Shown: positions 1-7,522 of the stretch, piece by piece | Layout: every line of letters starts with the position of its first letter | Position numbering within the stretch: position 1 is the first letter of the stretch | DNA from: Leptolyngbyaceae cyanobacterium | Lineage (GTDB): Bacteria; Cyanobacteriota; Cyanobacteriia; Phormidesmidales; Phormidesmidaceae | Assembly (NCBI GenBank): GCA_050331235.1 | Contig: JBHJHA010000079.1 | Location: 1-18,767 of the forward strand | Reading direction: 5' to 3' | DNA: 18,767 nucleotides | The notes under the pieces: model-generated | Told to the model about the DNA's origin: nothing | What the model saw: only the letters and a program-made list of their open reading frames with translations | Databases searched by the model: none | Position numbers and translations under genes: made by a program

Positions 1-139
1 AGCCCGTTCAATTTCCTGGTCAATACTCTGGCGGCCTTGGTGGCTTATACCTATCAAGAGAAGAAACCCGCCTTAGACCTAGAGTTCAAAGGCTTGTCGG
101 CGCTCCCTGAAGCCATCTTTTAACTCGTCGAACTGACGT
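1..139 (+). mobile_element. Right end of an IS982-family insertion sequence (transposase C-terminus 1..123 plus right terminal inverted repeat, about 125..139); truncated by the window edge
   Basis: Frame 1 reads SPFNFLVNTLAALVAYTYQEKKPALDLEFKGLSALPEAIF* (TAA 121..123), matching the S-x-x-N-F-x-V-N...A-Y...K-K-P C-terminus I recognise from IS982-family transposases. It is immediately followed by TCGTCGAACTGACGT, resembling the TCGAACTcACGT end of cyanobacterial IS982 elements. Confidence 0.8.
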
Positions 140-141
140 TA

Positions 142-246
142 GTACAAATTCAGATAGCAGATCAGTACATTCAAACTGGGCAAATCGACGCGGCTCGTCC
201 CCTTTTACTGAGCACGATCGCGCTCATAGCGGGGCTCGAGCTGTAA
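142..246 (+). pseudogene. Probable 3' remnant of a host gene interrupted by the IS982 element (TPR-like helix pair)
   Basis: An open frame with no start codon begins right at the IS end: VQIQIADQYIQTGQIDAARPLLLSTIALIAGLEL* (TAA 244..246). The A-x-x-Y-x-x-x-G-Q-x-D-x-A-x-x-L-L pattern is TPR-like, and a hairpin follows 22 nt downstream. Confidence 0.5.
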
Positions 247-265
247 CTAGAGGCGCTTTGCTCAT

Positions 266-294
266 AAAAAAGCGGGGGCGATCGCCCCCGCTTT
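266..294. terminator. Intrinsic, probably bidirectional, terminator centred on a HIP1 site
   Basis: Perfect 26-bp palindrome AAAGCGGGGGCGA|TCGCCCCCGCTTT at 269..294. A6 at 266..271 gives a U-tract on the minus strand downstream of the hli gene, and TTT gives a short one on the plus strand. Confidence 0.8.
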
Positions 295-318
295 ACGCAG
301 TTTCAGCGCCAACAAAGC

Positions 319-459
319 TTACATCAGACCAATCTGAGAAAGAATACCTTGGCCGGTGAGATATTCAGTTGCTACGCCGATGACAAAACCTAGCATCGCC
401 AAGCGACCATTCCAAGTCTCAGCAAAATCGACGAATCCAAATTTCTTTTCGGTTTCCAT
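319..459 (-). CDS. hli: High-light-inducible protein (Hlip/Scp, one-helix chlorophyll-binding protein), 46 aa, HliC-sized
   Basis: Manual translation METEKKFGFVDFAETWNGRLAMLGFVIGVATEYLTGQGILSQIGLM* contains the ExxNGRLAMLGF chlorophyll-binding motif. AGGAG RBS at 470..474 on the minus strand. Too short for the supplied ORF track. Confidence 0.95.
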   Translation of the reverse strand: METEKKFGFVDFAETWNGRLAMLGFVIGVATEYLTGQGILSQIGLM

Positions 460-503
460 GGGGAATCAGCTCCTAGTGGTCAAGTTTGACAATAAATCAA
501 TTC

Positions 504-521
504 TCCGTTGTATTTCGTAAC
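504..521 (-). promoter_or_regulatory. Possible degenerate HLR1 (RpaB) site upstream of hli
   Basis: The minus strand reads GTTACGAA-AT-ACAACGGA. The first half-site is 7/8 to (G/T)TTACA(T/A)(T/A) and the second is poor. hli genes are known RpaB targets. Confidence 0.3.
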
Positions 522-525
522 ATAG

Positions 526-3246
526 CTAACCTTGTTTAGAAAGCTGCTGCGGTTTGGCGTTGGCATATTGACTATTTTGCTGAATGAGCTTGGCAATGAG
601 CCCCGTCCAACCCGTTTGGTGGCTGGCTCCCAGTCCCGCTCCGTTGTCCCCGTGAAAGTACTCGTAGAACAAAACATGGTGTTGCCAATGGGGATCCGTT
701 TGAAACGGTGTGAGCCCACCATACAGCGGGCGATCGCCCTGCTCCCCCGGCAAAAAGATATTCGTCAAACGCTGCGACAGATCAGCCGCCACTTCCCAAA
801 GATTCATCCAATTGCCAGACCGAGTGGGGCACTCTACCTTGAACTGATCACCCAAATAATGGTGAAACTTTTGCAGCGATTCGATCAAGAGATAATTAAT
901 CGGAAACCAAATCGGGCCACGCCAATTGGAGTTGCCGCCAAACAACCCGCTGCTAGATTCGGCTGGCTCGTAGTGCACGTAAAAGTCTTGCCCATTGGCA
1001 TAGAAATGATAAGGATGCTCAGCGTGATAGCGAGACAGTGCCCGCACCCCATAGGGACTCTAAAACTCAGCCTCATCGAGCAATTTGGTCAAGATGCGGC
1101 GTAGCTTATCGTTATGATTGACTTCGCCTCGGGTGGCATAGCACAGCGCCAGCATCCGACGAGCGTGCTGTCCAGTAGATTCCATACAGGCGACATTTTT
1201 CTTCAGTTGCGGTCGATTTTCAATAAACCATTCCAGTCGCTCCTTGAAGCCGGGGACCTTTTCCAATAGCTCAGGCTCTAAGGTCGTAACTGCAAATAAA
1301 GGAATTAAACCGACGGTAGAGCGGACCTTTAGCCGCTGGCTGTCGCCGTTGGGAAATTGCAGCACATCGTAAAAGAAGCCGTCCTCTTCGTCCCAGAGTT
1401 GAGTGCGCTCTTCACCGATGTGGTTCATCGCATCAGCGATGTAAATAAAGTGCTCAAAAAATTTGGTCGCCATGTCTTCGTAGACGGGATTTTCGATCGC
1501 CAACTCCAGCGCCATTGTCAACATATTGAGACAATACATGGCCATCCAGCTCGTACTGTCTGACTGCTCGATGTGGCCGCCAGTGGGCAACGGAGAACTG
1601 CGGTCAAAGACCCCAATGTTGTCCAGCCCCAGAAAGCCCCCTTAAAACACATTGTTGCCCCCTTCGTCCTTGCGGTTGACCCACCAGGTAAAGTTCAGCA
1701 GTAGCTTTTGAAAAATTCGCTCCAAAAAGACACGATCGCCTTGACCTTTGATTTTTCTCTCAATCTTGTAAACTCGCCAGGTGGCCCAGGCATGTACCGG
1801 CGGGTTGACATCGCCAAAAGCCCATTCGTAGGCGGGTATCTGACCATTCGGATGCATATACCATTCCCGAGTCATGATATCGAGCTGATGCTTAGCAAAA
1901 TCGGGATCGATCGCGGCAATAGGCAGACAATGAAAGGCCAAGTCCCAAGCGGCAAACCAGGGATATTCCCATTTATCCGGCATGGAGATGATGTCGTGGG
2001 ATTCCAAATGATGCCACTCCTGATTGCGACCACGTTGATGTCCGAAGGGCGGCTCTGGCATGGTCGGGTCCCCAGCCTGCCAGCGGGAAACGTCATAGTT
2101 GTAAAACTGTTTGGTCCACAGGAGGCCGGCAAAGGCTTGGCGTTGGACATTGCGAACCGCCGCATCCATGGGGAAGGGCGTCACCGCTTGGTAAAATTCA
2201 TCGGCTTCATGCTGGCGCGCTTGCAAATAGCGGCTAAACTCGCTGAACGGTGCGTCTAGCTGAGCCTGCTGAGTCAGTCGGAGGCTGATCAGCCGGGTCT
2301 CACCGGGACCAATGTGGAGGGTGTAGTGGGCGGCGGCTTTGGTGCCTAAGCGTTCCGGATTGACCGCGGCCATATCGCCGTCAATGACATAGCGATGAAA
2401 CGCGTCTTTGACATAGGGGGTGACGTTTTCGGCCCCAAACACTTTCTGGTAGTTGGTCTCGTTTTCGGTAAAGAGGAGGGGGCTGCCGCCTTGCCAGTTG
2501 TCGTGGCTCTGACAGTATAGATAGTAGGTGCCCAGAGTTGGATGAATGGCTTCCAAGGCACTGAAATCAGGACGAGTATCGGCTAGCTCGATCCGGGGTT
2601 TATCGGCCTCGGGCTCCCAGCTCCAGGTATTGCGAAACCACAGGGTCGGCAGCACTGACAAGGTTTGGGACTCTGGTCCACGGTTGACAACGGCGATTTG
2701 AATCAGGGTGTCTTCCGCTGCGACTTTGGCATATTCCACAAAGACGTCGTAGTAGCGATCGCCCTCAAAAATGCCGGTATCTAGCAGCTCATACTCCATG
2801 CCCAGGCGACCCCGCTGCTGGTTTTCCGTCACCAGATCGCCGTAGGGATAAGCCGCTTGGGGATATTTGTAAAGCCCCTTCATGTAGGAATGGGTCGGGG
2901 TGCTGTCGAGGTAAAAATAGTATTCTTTGACGTCTTCGCCATGATTACCTTGGGAGCCCGTCAGACCAAAATAACGTTCCTTAAGAACGGGATCCTCGCC
3001 GTTCCATAGGGCGATCGCAAAACACAACTGCTGTTGATCATCGGAAATGCCCAGGATACCGTCCTCGCCCCAGCGATAAGCACGGGCATGGGATTGTTCG
3101 TGGGAAAAGTAGTCCCAGGCTGCACCGGTGGCACTGTAGTCTTCGCGGACGGTGCCCCACTGGCGATCGCTGAGGTAAGGGCCCCATTTTTTCCAGGGGA
3201 CATTGTGCGTGTGGGTTTCTTGTAGGCGCTGGTGTTCGCTAGTCAT
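526..3246 (-). pseudogene. MGH1-like glycoside hydrolase family 63 glucosidase, a single 907-codon frame with two internal in-frame stops (TAA 1642..1644, TAG 1060..1062)
   Basis: The three track ORFs (1642..3246, 1060..1590, 526..1047) share one frame. Read through, it gives ...[27 protein letters not shown]... and ...[18 protein letters not shown].... Family motifs present: [77 protein letters not shown]. Confidence 0.85.
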
Positions 3247-3309
3247 CGGTGGTTAGGGGTAGGGTGAACGGGCGGGCGATCGCAAAAACTCACAGTTGCA
3301 AACTCACCT

Positions 3310-5412
3310 TTAGGGAGCTTGCAACCCGGAACTGGCCTCTGGGTTAGCTGAGGCATACTTTTGACAGGTGGCTAGGTTTTCAATCAGACTCCAGGAACGC
3401 AAAACTTCGGCGACGGACCAAGCTTGGGCAAAGGCACCCCGAGGAGTATGGGGCGCATTGCCATCGAAAATCTCGCTCAGAGTGCCGACACAGCCATCAC
3501 GCAAATGATCCGCAAACGGAGTGAGGAACGTACTCGCGATCGCCGGATCTTGGTAGACCTGTAGGTGAGCTTGGATGAATGGCCCGATCAGCCACCCCCA
3601 GACGGGACCTTGGTGATAGGCTCCATCGCGCTGCACTGGGGAACCGCCATAATGGCCGTGGTAGTCAGGGTGATTGGGGGCTAGCGATCGCACCCCATAG
3701 GATGTCATAAGCTGCTGTGCCACCGTGTCCACAATGGCCTTTTGCTGCGCCTGGGTGAACAGGGGCGGGCCCAAGGGAGCCGTCTGCCGGGCCTGAAAAC
3801 CGATGCCCGGACGGCAGTATTTATCAGCGGGGAACGCCACCGCTAATAGTTGATTTGGCCGCAGCGTGGGGTCATTACCCTGGGGCCCATCGAGAACGTC
3901 ATGGCAATAGCCTAAAGCATCGGACCAATACCGCTGAAATCCTTGGCGGGTGTGAGCGGCCATGTCGCGGTAGCTTTGACCAGAGGCCCCGAGTAGGTCC
4001 GCAAAGTGGGCCATCGTCAGCAGGGCGTTGTACCACAGAGCATTGATCTCAACCGGCTTACCGTGGCGAGGGGTAACCACCCAGTCACCGACCTTAGCGT
4101 CCATCCAGGTGAGCTGCGCGCCCGTTTCTCCAGCCGCAATCAGGCCATCCGTATCGAGGTGGATATGATAACGGGTGCCCTTTTGGTGCCAGCGAATCAT
4201 GTCAGCCAGCACGGGAAAAAGCTCATCAATCAGCAAGCAGTCGTGGCTGACGGAGTGATATAGCCGGATCGCTTCAAAGTACCAAAGGCTAGCATCAACG
4301 GTGTTGTAGTCTGGACGGGCCCCAGCCTCGGGGAAAACATTAGGCAACAGGCCCTGGTCCACGTATTGGGCAAACGTACGCAGTAGGGGCCGCGCTGTCT
4401 CAGGCTGTCCGGTGGCGATCGCTAGCCCTGGGAGGGCAATCATGGTGTCTCGGCCCCAGTCACCAAACCAGGGATATCCCGCAATTATCGTCTTTCCTTG
4501 GGGCTCACCCGCCACCGGCCGAGCCACGATAAATTGGTGGGCGGCTAAGACTAACTGCTCCAGCCAGGCAGGGGCCTGCTGAGCCATGAGATACCGCGCA
4601 GAATACCACTGGCCGAGAAGCTTTTGCTCATGGTGACGTTGGCGCTTGAGCGCATTGGTAAACTGCAGCTTGGCCGGCGGTTCAGTACTAGCCGCCAGGG
4701 TGATGCTATCACCGGGAGCCAGCGTCACCATGACCGTCCCAGCATGGAGGTGGTCATCGCTGGGTTCGATACCGCGATAGCGCTCCACTGCAAGATCATA
4801 GCCTTGATACCAGGTGTGGTGCGGCGTCCAAATACCGCGATCGCTATAGATGCCAAAGGACTGAGCCGTAGCGTAGGGGGCGATGTGGAGTCCCCCGGCA
4901 ACGGGAGTGATCGACATTTGCCAATTGGCACTGTGGGTGCTGTGGTGGTGATTGCGATAGTTCACCAGGGCCTTGAGCGAGAGCTGTAGCGGACCGGTCC
5001 CCCGTTTGAGGGTATAGCGAATGTAGGTGGTATTAGCGCCCTGCTCCATCCACACGCGCTTCACCAGCAAAGCATCTGCCAAGGCGTAGTGCCAGGTGGG
5101 CACCGTCCCTTCTAGGACAAACCGCTCGAGCTGCCGATAGCCGTGGCCGGTGACCATGTCAGGAGCCCAGCGATCGCACTGCAAGGGATAGGTGGCTTCG
5201 CCATAAGTCACCGTGGCATCTAACTTGGTGAGCAGCAAGGTGCGATCGAGGGGGGGCTGCAGCGCCGCAAGCAACAGCCCGTGATAATGCCGGGTCAGCA
5301 CGTCGGCGACGGTGCCACAGGCATAGCTGCCAAGACCATTGGTCACCAGCCATTCTCGGGACTCGGCTAATGCTAGTTGACCGCAGAACGCACGTCCAAA
5401 TTGAATTGCCAT
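3310..5412 (-). CDS. Amylo-alpha-1,6-glucosidase / glycogen debranching enzyme-like protein (GDE_N plus GDE_C)
   Basis: Motifs REWLVTNGLGSYA, TRHYHGLL, IIAGYPWFGDWGRDTMIALPGL, YNTVDASLW, QLTWMDAK, GKPVEINALWYN, AYHQGPVWGWL and SEIFDG...GAFAQAWSVAE. ATG at 5412 is preferred over the track's TTG at 5424. Confidence 0.9.
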   Translation of the reverse strand: MAIQFGRAFCGQLALAESREWLVTNGLGSYACGTVADVLTRHYHGLLLAALQPPLDRTLLLTKLDATVTYGEATYPLQCDRWAPDMVTGHGYRQLERFVLEGTVPTWHYALADALLVKRVWMEQGANTTYIRYTLKRGTGPLQLSLKALVNYRNHHHSTHSANWQMSITPVAGGLHIAPYATAQSFGIYSDRGIWTPHHTWYQGYDLAVERYRGIEPSDDHLHAGTVMVTLAPGDSITLAASTEPPAKLQFTNALKRQRHHEQKLLGQWYSARYLMAQQAPAWLEQLVLAAHQFIVARPVAGEPQGKTIIAGYPWFGDWGRDTMIALPGLAIATGQPETARPLLRTFAQYVDQGLLPNVFPEAGARPDYNTVDASLWYFEAIRLYHSVSHDCLLIDELFPVLADMIRWHQKGTRYHIHLDTDGLIAAGETGAQLTWMDAKVGDWVVTPRHGKPVEINALWYNALLTMAHFADLLGASGQSYRDMAAHTRQGFQRYWSDALGYCHDVLDGPQGNDPTLRPNQLLAVAFPADKYCRPGIGFQARQTAPLGPPLFTQAQQKAIVDTVAQQLMTSYGVRSLAPNHPDYHGHYGGSPVQRDGAYHQGPVWGWLIGPFIQAHLQVYQDPAIASTFLTPFADHLRDGCVGTLSEIFDGNAPHTPRGAFAQAWSVAEVLRSWSLIENLATCQKYASANPEASSGLQAP

Positions 5413-5490
5413 AAAGTCAGTCAAAGTTCAGCATGCAACAGTGAAAACAGGCGGGCAGCTTTTTAAGATCAGGCGACGGTGGCCGCTTCA

Positions 5491-6630
5491 TCATTCATCG
5501 GTGATCGCGACAGCCTCCTGGCTCCGGCTCACGTCATTGTTTTCTGGCTCAATTAGACGCAGAGCGTGACCATCGGGATCTCGTACCATAACGGCTCGGC
5601 GAAAAGGATATGGCGTCTCCGCGGTGTGCACCCAGTGAGAGGAAACCAGAGGCACTCCCACCGCAACTAAGCGCTCAGTCACGGCGGCGACGTCATCAAC
5701 CAACATCGTGATGTCCCAATGCCAATGGTCCAGCGGGGTGGAATCAGCGGGATAGGAGCGCCCATGACTGGGGCTGAGATACTCCAAAAGCTCAACGGCC
5801 ATGCCTTGACCAACGGTAAGACCACTAATGTGCAACCGGGCCCCAAACACATTGTTCAAGCGCTCCTGCTCCGCCCCAAAGTTGAAGCTTTCACCGGCTA
5901 CAGCAAACCCTAGCAAATCCTGATAAAAGGCAAGGCTCTGAGCCGTATCGGCAACGGCGATCGCAGTGTGGTCAATGCCTAAAAACAAATCTTCGCGATT
6001 TTCTTGCCACCGGGGATCACCCTTGTCAGGAGGAAAGGCAATGAGTTCCAGGGTGTGTCGGTCAGAATCTTGAAAATAAAACGCTTCAATCCCAGCTGCC
6101 GCGGGAAGGGAGTCCGGTAGGCGTTGGGGAGCAGTCGACACATGCTGCACCTTGAAATCCCGCAAGCGACGATAGGCTGCGTCCATATCACTCACGACGA
6201 TCGCCATATGTTGAAACCACAAATCATTACTACGCGAGTCAATTGGAATCGGACGTCCCCCCTGAGTGAGATATTCCGTCAGCTCAATCACTTCGCGTCC
6301 CAACTGCAGCCGCACGACGTGCATTCTTACGCCAAAAACCCCCTGTAGCGCGTCCACCTCGGGACCGAATAGCTCAATATCCGAAATCTTGTTAAAGGTC
6401 AGCACCTCGGAATAAAACTGCACAGCAGCCTCCATGTCAGAGACCGTCATGCCCACCACAGGCACATCCTGGACCGCCGCTTGGGAGGAGACATGCGCGA
6501 TCGCGGGCGGTGTCCATGTGTCAATCAACCGAGACTGATCAGTCGGGCGATCGTCCAACCCAAGAGCAGCAATGCCCGAGAGACAAACGGAGAGGAAAAC
6601 GAGGGCGATAAATCGACGAGCCTTGAACAT
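5491..6630 (-). CDS. Tandem VOC (glyoxalase/bleomycin resistance/dioxygenase superfamily) protein with an N-terminal signal-peptide-like segment
   Basis: Two VOC repeats: VGMTVSDMEAAVQFYSEVL...IELTEY...FQHMAIVVSD...FYFQDSDRHTLEL and IDHTAIAVADTAQSLAFYQDLLG...VELLEY...VRDPDGHALRL. Basic then hydrophobic N-terminus MFKARRFIALVFLSVCLSGIAALG. Confidence 0.85.
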   Translation of the reverse strand: MFKARRFIALVFLSVCLSGIAALGLDDRPTDQSRLIDTWTPPAIAHVSSQAAVQDVPVVGMTVSDMEAAVQFYSEVLTFNKISDIELFGPEVDALQGVFGVRMHVVRLQLGREVIELTEYLTQGGRPIPIDSRSNDLWFQHMAIVVSDMDAAYRRLRDFKVQHVSTAPQRLPDSLPAAAGIEAFYFQDSDRHTLELIAFPPDKGDPRWQENREDLFLGIDHTAIAVADTAQSLAFYQDLLGFAVAGESFNFGAEQERLNNVFGARLHISGLTVGQGMAVELLEYLSPSHGRSYPADSTPLDHWHWDITMLVDDVAAVTERLVAVGVPLVSSHWVHTAETPYPFRRAVMVRDPDGHALRLIEPENNDVSRSQEAVAITDE

Positions 6631-6632
6631 GG

Positions 6633-7475
6633 CTATGGACTGACTCGGGGGATACGGGTAGCGGCCAAGGCCACGTGACAGGCTTCAATGGCTTCGTCTA
6701 AAAAGGTTCTCATCGCCCGTTGGGTAGTCTCCAGAGCCGGATCACCCACGTCTCCGGTCAAAATGGCACCAGTCCAGCCCTCGGTGTGCCAATGTCCTAC
6801 CGATAGCGGAGACAACGCATCACTGGGGGGATAGGGCCAGGGCGTCACATACCAATTGGGCTGTCCATAGGTGTTATCTCCAGGAGACAGTCCCACACCG
6901 ATTGTTCGGGCATTTTCACCAGACCCAGACAGGGGGATCAACGTTGCCATATCAAAGTGGTGGGGCCAGATATGAACTGGTGAAGCGCCCGCCTGAGCGG
7001 TAACAACCCCTTCTAGGAGAAGGCGTGAGTGAGCGAAAAAAGCCGCTAGGGTTTGCCGCAGATCGGGGCGGGTCCCCGTAAATGAGGCACCGTGAGCCAG
7101 GGGATGATCCGGAAAATCGGGCGGATAGTTGAGCAAGGTCAGGGCGTCAGTATCAAACCCTCGCTGAGTCAATTCATGGCAATGCCAGTGCAACATTTCA
7201 TCCAGGGTTTTACCTGGCAGTGGCAAAGTTGCGATCGCCTGCTGGTGCTCATTCAAAATTAGTGCTTCCAACGGTGCTGGTGCGAGCCCCACAGCGGTCG
7301 GCTGACTGCCTGATAACCTTCGTCCCACAAAGGCCTGTAGGTCTGGCTGCCAGTAGCAGGTGAGGTGACTGCCATCCGACTCGGGGACGGCCAGGACATT
7401 CCCCGTGGCAGCAATGCCTTGGATGGCGTAATGCAGTTGGATGCGAGTTTCAATCAGCGCCTTAGAAACGGTCAT
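6633..7475 (-). CDS. Conserved hypothetical protein (WPHHFD motif; possibly distantly DUF5996-like)
   Basis: Long ORF inside the cluster with motifs RIQLHYAIQ, HIWPHHFDMATL, IGVGLSPGD, PNWYVTPWPYP and GHWHTEGWTGA. ATG at 7475 has a GGAGG RBS about 5 nt upstream; the alternative GTG at 7526 overlaps the GMC stop (GTGA). Its stop is 2 nt from the VOC start. Confidence 0.75.
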   Translation of the reverse strand: MTVSKALIETRIQLHYAIQGIAATGNVLAVPESDGSHLTCYWQPDLQAFVGRRLSGSQPTAVGLAPAPLEALILNEHQQAIATLPLPGKTLDEMLHWHCHELTQRGFDTDALTLLNYPPDFPDHPLAHGASFTGTRPDLRQTLAAFFAHSRLLLEGVVTAQAGASPVHIWPHHFDMATLIPLSGSGENARTIGVGLSPGDNTYGQPNWYVTPWPYPPSDALSPLSVGHWHTEGWTGAILTGDVGDPALETTQRAMRTFLDEAIEACHVALAATRIPRVSP

Positions 7476-7522
7476 CGGTCCTCCCGTAAAAGTTTGAGCA
7501 GGGGTATGCCCCTTTGTTCCGG

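Noticed and set aside
1058..1066. Minus-strand GTTTTAGAG resembling the start of a type II CRISPR repeat
   Set aside because: A single 9-nt match inside coding sequence, with no repeat-spacer periodicity or cas genes anywhere in the window.
1060..1644. Alternative genetic code (stop reassignment) as the explanation for the GH63 internal stops
   Set aside because: TAA and TAG end well-defined genes in this window (hli and the GDE-like gene with TAA, clpC with TAG), and the two stops replace different expected residues (Gln/Glu versus Leu).
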